From: Thermoproteota archaeon | Lineage (GTDB): Archaea; Korarchaeota; JAOZGF01; JAOZFZ01 | NCBI GenBank assembly: GCA_027492035.1 | Contig: JAOZFT010000005.1 | Span: 1-20,233, forward strand | Length of the DNA: 20,233 nt | Direction: 5' to 3' | Shown: in pieces, positions 8,047 through 16,767 of the stretch | Layout of the letters: the number at the start of each line of letters is the position of its first letter | Numbering within the stretch: position 1 is the first letter of the stretch | The notes under the pieces: model-generated | Told to the model about the DNA's origin: nothing | Databases searched by the model: none | The model's input: the letters and a program-made list of their open reading frames with translations, nothing else | Made by a program: the position numbers and the translations under genes

Positions 8047-8820
8047 TCACCTTAAGAATCTGTAAACAGTTTCCACATATTCACCCTCAGGTGAAACAAT
8101 CGTTGACTCTATAAACACAGAGTCACCTGTTGATTCACAAAGTACACAAGCAACTAAACTACAGAATGGACACCCTATTTGTTCACATAAACCAGGATAT
8201 TTTCCTTTAATGCTTCTGCAAAGTTTTCCTGTAAGTAAACCTGTAAACCTGACTTTCACCCTATCCTCTTCAAAAACATAATCCAGAGTTTTCAAAACTT
8301 CAAGTTTATTTAAGCCTTCTGAAACCTTATTAATGGCTTCATGAACCTCTAACTTTTTAAATTTTACATTCAAAAACTTTTCAATTAATTTTTCCAGGGT
8401 ATAACCAGGAGGATCTAAAACAAACCCGCTTGGTGCATAAATTCTCAAACTCCTCTTATCAATGACGCCTTCTAGAGGGACATAGGTTTCTGCTTCACTT
8501 AAAGGAACAAAAACTTTTATTAAGGACTCAGACCCTTTAAGAGAAAGATAAACCCCTCTTCCCTTGCATCCTTCAACCAAAAAAAGTGTTCGGTAATAAT
8601 TAAAGGAGTTTTCAATGAAGGGGTGAAGCAAATCTGCTTTAATGAAACCTCGGTAGCCAATGAGGTAAACAATTGCTCCGTAAAAAATGCATCCCGCACC
8701 TATTAACCCTAAAATTAAAGATTCATATCGAAAAGAAAAAAACAGAAAAATGAAACCAAGAGAGAAGAGGATTAAGACAGGTAACCGGGAAATTTTCCTC
8801 ACATACAAAACATTCTCCAT
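8047..8820 (-). CDS. Two-TM membrane protein with C-terminal Cys cluster (V4R-like, tentative)
   Basis: N-terminal hydrophobic pair; C-terminal LCRS...LCEQIGCPFCSLVACVLCESTG. ATG 8820 preceded by GGAG (ORF track starts at TTG 8826). Confidence 0.75.
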   Translation of the reverse strand: MENVLYVRKISRLPVLILFSLGFIFLFFSFRYESLILGLIGAGCIFYGAIVYLIGYRGFIKADLLHPFIENSFNYYRTLFLVEGCKGRGVYLSLKGSESLIKVFVPLSEAETYVPLEGVIDKRSLRIYAPSGFVLDPPGYTLEKLIEKFLNVKFKKLEVHEAINKVSEGLNKLEVLKTLDYVFEEDRVKVRFTGLLTGKLCRSIKGKYPGLCEQIGCPFCSLVACVLCESTGDSVFIESTIVSPEGEYVETVYRFLR

Positions 8821-8835
8821 CTTCAACTCCTCTTC

Positions 8836-9039
8836 TCAACCAAAAACTTTGAGGAAACCATAAAGAAGAAGCAAAGCAGTCGAAATTAAACCAAGATAAA
8901 TAGATAAAGATTCAAGAACCTTTCTTTTAACATGTGCCCCAGTTAGATCAGAGATAAGCTCAGAAATTATTAAGATAAAGATAGTTGAAACCGAAAACCA
9001 AAGCGTAAAATTACCCAGAACAGAAAACAAAGGAAACAT
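8836..9039 (-). CDS. Small two-TM hypothetical membrane protein, first gene of the minus-strand operon
   Basis: 67 aa with two hydrophobic helices; GAGGGTGG SD before the ATG; short gap to the next gene. Confidence 0.72.
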   Translation of the reverse strand: MFPLFSVLGNFTLWFSVSTIFILIISELISDLTGAHVKRKVLESLSIYLGLISTALLLLYGFLKVFG

Positions 9040-9094
9040 GAGCCACCCTCAACAAAACTTAAACACTTAAGAAGTTGAAATTGGAAAGAGGCAG

Positions 9095-9133
9095 TATTTA
9101 AAATTTATTTAAAATCTAAAGGAACTTATATAT
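9095..9133. promoter_or_regulatory. Divergent archaeal promoter region
   Basis: Minus strand has TTTAAATA twice (direct repeat TATTTAAAAT at 9095-9104 and 9106-9115). Plus strand has AAAGGAAC-TTATATAT (TATA 9126-9133) upstream of ATG 9178. Confidence 0.5.
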
Positions 9134-9177
9134 TTTTTAAAAACTTACATTAGATTTTGAAAGAAGGGGGCTTAACA

Positions 9178-9471
9178 ATGGAGCAAGAACAGGAAATAAA
9201 TAAGTTAGTAATAGAGACAGTGAAAAAATTAAACAGTGAAAAAGGAAAAGTGAAAGTAAGCGATGTAGCAGTTTATTTAGAGGACAAGTACGGTTTAGAA
9301 AAAACCGAAATAGTTAACAGAATAATAAAAATGGAGAAAAGCGGCGTCATTAAACTTTCCGATTTACCCATAAACTTGGAGAAATACCCTACAGAAATAA
9401 CTCAATTGAACAATAAAGTAAAAAAGTTAATTCAAATTATAAAACAAAAAAGAAAAATAACTGAAACTTAA
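9178..9471 (+). CDS. Small winged-helix-like protein with C-terminal coiled coil
   Basis: VKVSDVAVYLEDKYGLEKTEIVNRIIKMEKSGVIKL has a wHTH pattern. ATG 9178 follows GGGGG (ORF track starts at TTG 9157). Confidence 0.7.
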   Translation: MEQEQEINKLVIETVKKLNSEKGKVKVSDVAVYLEDKYGLEKTEIVNRIIKMEKSGVIKLSDLPINLEKYPTEITQLNNKVKKLIQIIKQKRKITET

Positions 9472-9490
9472 AATACTTAAACCAGCTGTT

Positions 9491-10939
9491 TTATTTCATA
9501 AAACCAATTTCCCCCTGTTTCTTAAGTTCATTAAGAACCAATAAATAACTGTTTAATGTACCTAACGAAACAGTAAGAGAAAGGACTGCACCTTCAATCC
9601 ATGGAGTAATTGAAAAAGTTAAAGCATGTGAAAAAACAAGTAAGTTTCGGAAAAAGAAAAAAGTTATGAATGTCCCAAGTAAACACCCTCCAAATCCACT
9701 TAGAAGAGAAACAATAACCAGTTCAGACAAGAGCTTCTTTAAAACATATTTTTTTGACGCCCCAAGAGCCCTTAAAACATGTATTGTTTGTACAATGTTT
9801 TTTATAAGGGAAGACGAAGCCTGATTAACTGTTAACATTGAAAAAAGGAAAGTTAAAGAAGCCAAAAGCCAAAGAAAAGCATCCGTAAATCCGATTTTCT
9901 CTTCAAGAAACCCTTTAATATCCCCACTTTTAAGAGTCACGGAAGAAACTTGCCACTTAACCCCTCGAAAAACAGAACTGTATGCTTTAATCTCTTCTGG
10001 TTTCCCTGCACTAGGTTCTATCCTCTTCTTTGGAGGTTTACCTGTTAAATTAGAAGGCAAAATAAACGTTAACTCTTCATTCCTTGACACATTAAACTTG
10101 AAAGGTTCAGTTGTGGTTCTATTATGTAAAACAACATATAAAGAGTAAGTTCCAATAGGTAGCTTAAAAGAAGTTTTTCCTTCTGCACCTGTCACTTTTT
10201 TGGAGTAGAAATTACCTAGAGGATCAAATATTAAAACAGTAGCACCTTGAACAAGTGAAGAATTGTTTTTCATTCTTAAAGAAACTTTAACACTATAGGT
10301 TTCAGTAACTTCCCGAAGAAGAAACTCCTTATTAATAACCTTTTCTTCAATCTTAACCCTTAACAAAGAAACAAAACCGTAATTAGTGCCTCTAAGCCAC
10401 TGCCCAATGTTTAAAGGAACCAATATTTCGTCCTTGAAGGGAGAACGTGAACTAAAAAATCCTTTAATTTTCAACTCAACAAATTTATCATTTAAACCAC
10501 TAAACACAAGCAGTTCCTCCCCGGTTCTAACCCTTAATCTTTCAGCTAAATCTAAGCCTAAAACAGCTGAAAAAACATCACTTTGGTTTAGTTTAACTCC
10601 CTTAACTGTAACTACTCTGTAGAAAATTTTAGGGTTTACACCTCTAACTATTACAGGTTCCCCTTTCACGTAACAAAGAGCAACTGCTTCAGGGCTTACT
10701 TCCTTAACTCCCTTAACCATTTTTAAGACATGTGTAAAATAAAGTGGGATAAGGCTTGTGGCAGAGGATACAGCCCCTTTTTCACGGAGAACAAAAACAC
10801 CTCTTTCTTCCTGATTAGATATGTCAAAGGAGTAAACATTATTGAAAAGAGTAACTGTGATTAAAAAGAAGGAAGAAGCTAACGAAAGAGTTAGGATGTA
10901 GATGAAACATTCTTTAAAGGTTAAAATTTTCATTTTCAA
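9491..10939 (-). CDS. ABC transporter permease, FtsX/MacB/LolC-E family, with inserted beta-sandwich domain
   Basis: N-terminal TM, extracellular MacB-PCD-like motifs (VRGVNP, AVLGLDLAERL, EILVPL), C-terminal IHVLRALGAS followed by TMs. Start overlaps the stop of the upstream permease. Confidence 0.88.
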   Translation of the reverse strand: MKMKILTFKECFIYILTLSLASSFFLITVTLFNNVYSFDISNQEERGVFVLREKGAVSSATSLIPLYFTHVLKMVKGVKEVSPEAVALCYVKGEPVIVRGVNPKIFYRVVTVKGVKLNQSDVFSAVLGLDLAERLRVRTGEELLVFSGLNDKFVELKIKGFFSSRSPFKDEILVPLNIGQWLRGTNYGFVSLLRVKIEEKVINKEFLLREVTETYSVKVSLRMKNNSSLVQGATVLIFDPLGNFYSKKVTGAEGKTSFKLPIGTYSLYVVLHNRTTTEPFKFNVSRNEELTFILPSNLTGKPPKKRIEPSAGKPEEIKAYSSVFRGVKWQVSSVTLKSGDIKGFLEEKIGFTDAFLWLLASLTFLFSMLTVNQASSSLIKNIVQTIHVLRALGASKKYVLKKLLSELVIVSLLSGFGGCLLGTFITFFFFRNLLVFSHALTFSITPWIEGAVLSLTVSLGTLNSYLLVLNELKKQGEIGFMK

Positions 10940-12126
10940 AATCTCCCGGGTATATTGGCAACCTCTTTAATTTTCACTTTCAAAGTTTTATAAGTTGAAA
11001 ACAAAGAAGCTGCAGAAGATATTAAGAGAACCGCAATCAAAGACTGAAAAACTTGCCAAGGTTCAATAAAAGGGTTAACCTGCATACCTTTCATGAAATA
11101 AATGATTCTTGAAACTACCTGAGCACCAACTAAACCAATGGATAAACCTAACATGTAACCTGTAACTGAAACAATTAAAACTTTGTAGAATAGTGTTTTA
11201 ATAACTTCTCTCCTCTTCATGCCAAGAACCTTGAAAACTGAAACATCTCTTTCGGTTTCAGCCACTATATTAGATGAAACAGCATAAATTGATATTGAAA
11301 CCATTAAGTAAACAATGTAAATCCAAATTGTTACAACTTCCTCAAATTGTTTAAGAAGCAAAGAAGTAACTAAATTCGTTTTACGTATAGGTTGCGCTTT
11401 TAAGCAAGGATTCCTTCCCTCAATTTCCTTAACAGTTTCTTTTTCAAACCTTGCGTTAGAAAGAGAAACCTCGAAAAAAGAAACTTTTTCCTTAAGGTTA
11501 GGTTTCAAAAACCACAATGTTTTTAGAGGAAGAATTATTTCCCAGTCACAAGGGCCATTAGTGTAAATAATGCCTGCAACAGTTAAGTTAACTACTTCAT
11601 TGTTTAAAAGGAAGCTAAGGTTTTCACCTACTACAACCCCTACTTCTTCACTAAGCAAAGACCCTACGTTACATTTTAATCCATCCTCCACAAGCACCCC
11701 CTTAACTTTTATAGGTTTAAAACTAGCAAAAACATAAGGATCAACACCTTCAACCCTGACTTCCCTCACTCCATTTCTAAATTTAACCTTCAGGTTCGTA
11801 AGTAGTACAGGTAAAACAAACCTTACTTTCGTAACATGTAAATCTTTAACAGCCGAGTAATTAATTAAGCCACTAAATAACTCGTTAACCCCTCTTTTAG
11901 TTACTAAAAGTTCTGGAGTTAAACTGTATGGCTGAAGCATTTCCTGAACTTGTTCCCTGTACCCGTTAAAAGAGGAAACAGTGGAGAAAATTAAAGCCAC
12001 TAATGCAGCGACAGTTAAAATTTCAGCAAATGTTTTTCTAGAGTAAAGAACCCCTTTTAAAGCTAGCAGCAACATACAGAAAACCAGCAGTGTAAAAAAA
12101 TAAACTAAAAATTCATTAAACAGCAA
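10936..12126 (-). CDS. ABC transporter permease, FtsX/MacB/LolC-E family
   Basis: VEGVDP, VGSLLSEEVGVVVGE, VAGII, EIILPL, ERDVSVFKVLGM followed by TMs. True start may be ATG 12075. Confidence 0.9.
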   Translation of the reverse strand: MLFNEFLVYFFTLLVFCMLLLALKGVLYSRKTFAEILTVAALVALIFSTVSSFNGYREQVQEMLQPYSLTPELLVTKRGVNELFSGLINYSAVKDLHVTKVRFVLPVLLTNLKVKFRNGVREVRVEGVDPYVFASFKPIKVKGVLVEDGLKCNVGSLLSEEVGVVVGENLSFLLNNEVVNLTVAGIIYTNGPCDWEIILPLKTLWFLKPNLKEKVSFFEVSLSNARFEKETVKEIEGRNPCLKAQPIRKTNLVTSLLLKQFEEVVTIWIYIVYLMVSISIYAVSSNIVAETERDVSVFKVLGMKRREVIKTLFYKVLIVSVTGYMLGLSIGLVGAQVVSRIIYFMKGMQVNPFIEPWQVFQSLIAVLLISSAASLFSTYKTLKVKIKEVANIPGRF

Positions 12127-12182
12127 AAATATAAATTTTATGCGGAGAACATAGTTCCCTACGCAGCATATGTACCACCTCT

Positions 12183-12204
12183 ATACTTTAAATATTTAAA
12201 GTAT
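12183..12204. promoter_or_regulatory. Perfect 22-bp palindrome ATACTTTAAATATTTAAAGTAT: bidirectional TATA element or operator
   Basis: Self-complementary by inspection; contains TTTAAATA on both strands; lies between the divergent permease and ATPase genes. Confidence 0.65.
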
Positions 12205-12284
12205 TGATTTCCACCACTTACAATTACCAACTGAACCAGTGCGCTAAAAAACTTATGAACCAACGGACAGAGGTGGAAAAGAAA

Positions 12285-12980
12285 ATGAAAAATTGTGAAT
12301 CCAGTAACTCTAGAACTTGCCCTGTGGAACTTGTTAATGTATGGAAAAGTTATGACGGAACATATTTTGTCCTCAAGGGAGTGAATCTAAAAATTAAGGA
12401 AGGAGATTTTATCTCGGTAAAAGGTAAATCAGGAATCGGTAAAACAACTCTCCTTAAACTAATAGGATTAATTGACACCCCCACAAAGGGAAAAGTTTTA
12501 TTCTATGGAAGAAACGTTACAGTGTTAAAAGACGAAGAGTTGTCAGAGTTTAGACTGAAAAAGATAGGTTTCGTTTTTCAATTCTTCAACTTAATCCCTT
12601 CACTAAGTGTCCTAGAAAACATAGAGTTACCCATGGCAATTGCTGGGTTAAAAAAAAGTGAAAGAAGGAAGAAGGCTTTCACTCTCCTAAAGAAATTTAA
12701 ACTTGAAAAACTTGCTTACAGAATGCCTGATGAAATAAGTGGGGGAGAAAAGCAAAGAATAGCTATTATAAGGGCTTTAGTTAATGAACCTCGTGTAATA
12801 GTGGCTGATGAACCAACAGCAAACCTTGACGAAGAAAATACATTTAAAGTACTTACCCTACTTAAAAAAATAAATGCAGAGAGAAGGGTGACAATAATTT
12901 TAGCTACAACAAGTTTCCAAGAAGAAATTCCTTCAAATAGAAACTACACACTTAAAAACGGGAAATTGGTTGAAATTTAA
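12285..12980 (+). CDS. ABC transporter ATP-binding protein, LolD/MacB/SalX family, atypical H-loop
   Basis: GKSGIGKTT, IGFVFQFFNL, ISGGEKQR, VIVADEPTANLD; H-loop reads LATTS. ATG 12285 follows GAGGTGG (ORF track starts at 12204). Confidence 0.93.
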   Translation: MKNCESSNSRTCPVELVNVWKSYDGTYFVLKGVNLKIKEGDFISVKGKSGIGKTTLLKLIGLIDTPTKGKVLFYGRNVTVLKDEELSEFRLKKIGFVFQFFNLIPSLSVLENIELPMAIAGLKKSERRKKAFTLLKKFKLEKLAYRMPDEISGGEKQRIAIIRALVNEPRVIVADEPTANLDEENTFKVLTLLKKINAERRVTIILATTSFQEEIPSNRNYTLKNGKLVEI

Positions 12981-13004
12981 CTTTATAGCAGTTGAGTTTC
13001 AGAA

Positions 13005-14618
13005 ATGAGAAAAACTGAAATATTTTGTCTGTTAATTTTATTCATTTCTGCAGCTTCTTTGAGAATGTATCCCTATATTTTAAGATTCACCCCCTACATG
13101 ACAGATTCATGGCCCATAATCCATTTAGCAGAAGAAATATCCAAGAATACGCCAACTCCTTTTAAAGGAGGCGATTTGTTTGGTGAATACAATATTTACT
13201 GGCCAATGGTGGCAGTGTTAATCGTTGAAACAGCTCATTTAACAAATTTAAAAATAATTGAAACAGCACCCCTTATTATTCCTTTAACAGCAGCCCTTTC
13301 AATATTCATTTTTTATCTTTTAACTTTAAAATTAACTGGAAAAAAAGAAATAGCTTTTGCTTCAACCATGCTTTTCGCAGCTTGCGGCTTCCATTCAATA
13401 CTTACAGCTGGGGCTAAAAAGGAAACACTCGCAAATCCGCTTTACTTCACAATACTCTACCTTTACATTTTTTCAAAAGGTAAAAAGAAAGCCTTCCTAT
13501 ACCTGCTTTGCTTCACAACACTGGTTGCTACCCATCACTTAACCACACTTGTAACAGTTGTGATTCTGTTAAACATAGCCCTTGCCTCAACAATTTCCTC
13601 AATAAAGAAAAGCAGAGAAATAAATAAAGAAAAATTATTTTTAATAATTGCTTCCTTATTTATAACACTTACCTACTACCTGTTTTATGCTTATAAAGGG
13701 TTTAAATATGTTTTTGGTTTCACGGACTTTATTTCAATTTTCAGCTTTCAAGCAATAACATGGATCCCTGTTCTCCGCACGATTTTAACCCCAGATAAAA
13801 TGGGAAACAAAAAAAGTTTAACTCCCTTCATTGTAGCAACTGCCGCTATTTTCCTTCTTACACTTATATCATTTAAACCATTAATACCAGGTGCACCTGT
13901 CATCCCTTTAAAAAACCAAGTAACAATTATACCTTATGAATTGGTTGCCTTAATAGCTGCATACGGATATGTTTATTTGAAGGAAGACAATGCAAAGGAG
14001 AAAGTTACAGTTTGCCTTGTGTGGTTTACATCAATTCTTGGATTGGAAGGCTACGCCTTTTTTAGCAGCCAGTATGGTTTAGTAGTTGCATATAGACTGT
14101 TAAATTTCCTGTATCCGCCACTAGCCGTTTTTGCAGGTGCAGGGGTTGCAGCCTTCCTTAAAAAGAAAAAACCCCTTCAAATGTTCCTTTACTTTGTCCT
14201 CCTCATAGCTTTATCTACAGGTACAGCTTATCAATCGTACACAGTTGTAGTTGAAAAGAATAATTACTTCGGTGGCCAGGGAGTGTACACTCAACAAGAC
14301 CTGAAACTTATTCAATGGATTAAGAAGCAAGATGTTGGGAAGAGAGGAATAGCTTCAGATCAAAAAATAAACTATCTTTTAATGTATATTGGAAGGAAGG
14401 CAGATGTACTTGACGGTTTCCTTTACTTAAAAGAAGTAAAGAAACAACTTAAAAACTCTTTCTTAATTACATATAAAGATATGGAGGAAAGAGGCTACTA
14501 CCTAACTTATTACGGTTTAAAACTCCCAAAAGGGTACATTAAAAAACTAAACAAAAAAGGAGAAATGAACATTATATACGTAAATAACCAAGACAAAATG
14601 TACATGAAATTAAAATAA
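13005..14618 (+). CDS. Polytopic membrane protein, probable GT-C-fold (lipid-linked-sugar) glycosyltransferase-like
   Basis: About 12-13 TM segments; acidic residue in the first external loop (YMTDSW); YNIYWP, KETLA, THHLTT; C-terminal soluble domain (DLKLIQWIK...IASD...NIIYVN). This is the architecture of archaeal PMT/GT-C-like proteins. Confidence 0.65.
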   Translation: MRKTEIFCLLILFISAASLRMYPYILRFTPYMTDSWPIIHLAEEISKNTPTPFKGGDLFGEYNIYWPMVAVLIVETAHLTNLKIIETAPLIIPLTAALSIFIFYLLTLKLTGKKEIAFASTMLFAACGFHSILTAGAKKETLANPLYFTILYLYIFSKGKKKAFLYLLCFTTLVATHHLTTLVTVVILLNIALASTISSIKKSREINKEKLFLIIASLFITLTYYLFYAYKGFKYVFGFTDFISIFSFQAITWIPVLRTILTPDKMGNKKSLTPFIVATAAIFLLTLISFKPLIPGAPVIPLKNQVTIIPYELVALIAAYGYVYLKEDNAKEKVTVCLVWFTSILGLEGYAFFSSQYGLVVAYRLLNFLYPPLAVFAGAGVAAFLKKKKPLQMFLYFVLLIALSTGTAYQSYTVVVEKNNYFGGQGVYTQQDLKLIQWIKKQDVGKRGIASDQKINYLLMYIGRKADVLDGFLYLKEVKKQLKNSFLITYKDMEERGYYLTYYGLKLPKGYIKKLNKKGEMNIIYVNNQDKMYMKLK

Positions 14619-14746
14619 AAAATTACTTGCCTAAGAAATAATTGAAAAATTTTGTTCCTTATAACCAAATAAATTATTTCCATTCCTTACTGTGTCATGT
14701 TCAAGTGCAGGAGGAAAAGTGAAATTATAAAGGTAGAGAAATTAAA

Positions 14747-15055
14747 ATGTCAGATAGAAAAAAAATTAATAAACATAAATTCGTAATTAAAACCTTAATT
14801 GCAACTTTAACTTTAACAATTTGTTTCTTTACATTTATTCAGCCTCTTCAGAACAGAAGGATTCCAAATATAGAGATAAAAGTAGAAACAGGAAACGTTA
14901 AAGTAGAGGTACCTATAGGTGCAATAACGGAAGAAATAGTAGGACCCTTCATAACACCTGTAACCTTAATTTTAACCCTTTTTATAACTATTAAAACTGT
15001 TGATTTAGCCGATAAATTAATGAAAGGTTTTTTTGGAGAAGATAAGGAAAAATAA
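14747..15055 (+). CDS. Small two-TM hypothetical membrane protein
   Basis: 102 aa, ATG start, basic N-terminus, two hydrophobic segments, codon style as in neighbouring genes. Confidence 0.7.
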   Translation: MSDRKKINKHKFVIKTLIATLTLTICFFTFIQPLQNRRIPNIEIKVETGNVKVEVPIGAITEEIVGPFITPVTLILTLFITIKTVDLADKLMKGFFGEDKEK

Positions 15056-15208
15056 GTTAAGCCTACCATATTTTGTTAAAAAAACTCTTCTAATCACAGA
15101 TTCATTTTCTTCTATTTAAGAAACAAATAAAACTAACTTTGATGAATAACTTAATTGAAAGGAGATGCCTCCTTGTTTACAGTGCCACCTAAAGTAACTG
15201 TAAGGAAA

Positions 15209-15552
15209 TTAGGTAATACATTCACATTTGGTTGAAAACCTTTTTTGGGAATAAAAAGGATCCACAGGGGAAGTTTTTAGTGGATACAGACCAAAAAGAA
15301 ACCAGAAATGCACTTTACTCTGAAAAGGAAGATTTTTAGGAGAAACATAAATTAAGGAATTCACCGAACAGTCAAAGGTAAGGAACACCTGAAAAACAGG
15401 GTTGATCTTGAATTGAGAAGGAAAGTTTTAGGCGTGAAGAACAAGTATTTTAACAAAATGCAACCTCCTTCAATTTATAAATTATGTTAACGGCCTCATG
15501 CTTTTCAAGCCAAGCTTCTTCTACAGGTTCTTTTAGGTGTGTTCTGCAAGTT
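15209..15552 (-). pseudogene. Probable decayed gene for a wHTH + DUF1616-N-type membrane protein
   Basis: Fragments in shifting frames directly after the DUF1616 stop: ELAEH / LKEPVEEAWLEKHEAVNIIYKLKE / LKYLFFTPKTF / LIYVSPKNLPF / VKCISGFFLV / SPVDPFYSQKRFSTKCECIT. Their order fits the architecture I recall for this family. Boundaries approximate. Confidence 0.45.
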
Positions 15553-16035
15553 CTACTCCCCTGTTACGTTTAACCATAACTGAAGCCATCTTCCATTATA
15601 CTTGAACCCCTTAATTTCTTCATTGTAAACCCACATTTCAAAAATAAGTCTAGCATCTCTGACTTTTCGGTTTACAAGTATGTTAATAGGTAAAGTTAAG
15701 TTTTGGTTATGGGCAAGCACTGCTTCAAAAACATCAATCACTTCAGCGTTAGCGCTTACGTTTTCATTTATAACCGTTGATTTATTCCCTAGTTTCACAT
15801 ACACCCGATAATACATTATTTTTCCTTCATGGTTCCCAATGTAAAGGTAAAGCTTTAAGGGTTCATTTACATGAACAATCTTAGGATAATCCCCTATTTT
15901 CTTTTTGGGACCAAGTACACCAAGTTCAGAAAAAGGCTCAACTACCCTTTTAGAAAATAAAAATTGAGAAAAAGCAAAAACACCTGCAACCACAATTATT
16001 GCTAGAACTACAGCGGAAACTTCTTCATCAATCAT
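15553..16035 (-). CDS. DUF1616-domain protein (TM plus Ig-like extracellular domain)
   Basis: EPFSELGVLGPKKKIGDYP, LYLYIGNHEGKIMYYRVYVK, RLIFEMW, WLQLWLNVT. Confidence 0.85.
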   Translation of the reverse strand: MIDEEVSAVVLAIIVVAGVFAFSQFLFSKRVVEPFSELGVLGPKKKIGDYPKIVHVNEPLKLYLYIGNHEGKIMYYRVYVKLGNKSTVINENVSANAEVIDVFEAVLAHNQNLTLPINILVNRKVRDARLIFEMWVYNEEIKGFKYNGRWLQLWLNVTGE

Positions 16036-16050
16036 TTATTAAACCCTTTT

Positions 16051-16497
16051 TCAATTTCTTCTAATTTTCCATTTCCTTCTAGATTTAAGCCAGAGACTCC
16101 AAAAAAACTTAGGCCCGTAAAAGTAAAATATGAAACCTATAAATAATAAAAGAGCCAAACTTGAAAAAGTAGTTATTAAGTACATTTTTCTTTCACGCTG
16201 GCCCTTTTCAATGATTTCTGGAATAGATAACTCAACCTCTTTTATTAATGAATCAGCTTCCCCTAGAAGTTTAGATTTTTCAGATTCATTTCTTGTTTTT
16301 TCAGCTTTATCAATAAGTTGAAGAGCTTCATTAAGTTTTGAAGCTGCTGCAGTTACATTTCCACCTTCCTTTTCAGCCTTCACCAACAAAACATAAACAT
16401 TTTTAATTTTACTTCTTAAATCAGGTTGCCCATTACATAAACTCACAGATAAAAACAGAAACATGAAAAACAAAACAAAACCAAAGTGAACCCTCAT
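16051..16497 (-). CDS. Secreted helical protein with C-terminal TM, upstream of the DUF1616 gene
   Basis: Signal peptide, AEKEGGNVTAAASKLNEAL helical hairpin, TM and basic Trp-rich tail. ATG 16497 follows GGAGG (ORF track starts at GTG 16503). Confidence 0.8.
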   Translation of the reverse strand: MRVHFGFVLFFMFLFLSVSLCNGQPDLRSKIKNVYVLLVKAEKEGGNVTAAASKLNEALQLIDKAEKTRNESEKSKLLGEADSLIKEVELSIPEIIEKGQRERKMYLITTFSSLALLLFIGFIFYFYGPKFFWSLWLKSRRKWKIRRN

Positions 16498-16543
16498 AAT
16501 CACTCCTCCCCTAAAAAAGCAACTTTAGAAACTTCTCCTCCCA

Positions 16544-16551
16544 TTTATAAA
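16544..16551 (-). promoter_or_regulatory. Candidate TATA box for the 150-aa/DUF1616 operon
   Basis: TTTATAAA about 47 nt upstream of ATG 16497. Confidence 0.45.
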
Positions 16552-16719
16552 TCTGTTTATGTAGGAAACTAAAACTTTTCTTTGCAACCTATAAAAAGCT
16601 TAATTAACAAATTAATAAACCTTATACCTGCAAAAAGTTTTTCAAGTTTGTTAACATCTTTTTTTCGGAAGCTCCAGGCAAAGGTTTTTGTTTTTACTTT
16701 ACAAAGCTGTTTTTGAACG

Positions 16720-16735
16720 AAAGAAGGTTATATAT
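16720..16735 (+). promoter_or_regulatory. Orphan BRE-TATA element facing the 3' end of the MFS gene
   Basis: Purine-rich AAAGAAGG followed by TTATATAT (16728-16735), with an ATG 30 nt after the TATA start. Confidence 0.4.
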
Positions 16736-16767
16736 GTAAACGTGTTGGTAGGGGTTAATGAAGCTAC

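Noticed and set aside
15165-15235. Plus-strand micro-ORFs (MPPCLQCHLK; MFTVPPKVTVRKLGNTFTFG, AbrB-like start)
   Set aside because: Too short, stop immediately, and the region is better explained by the minus-strand remnant.
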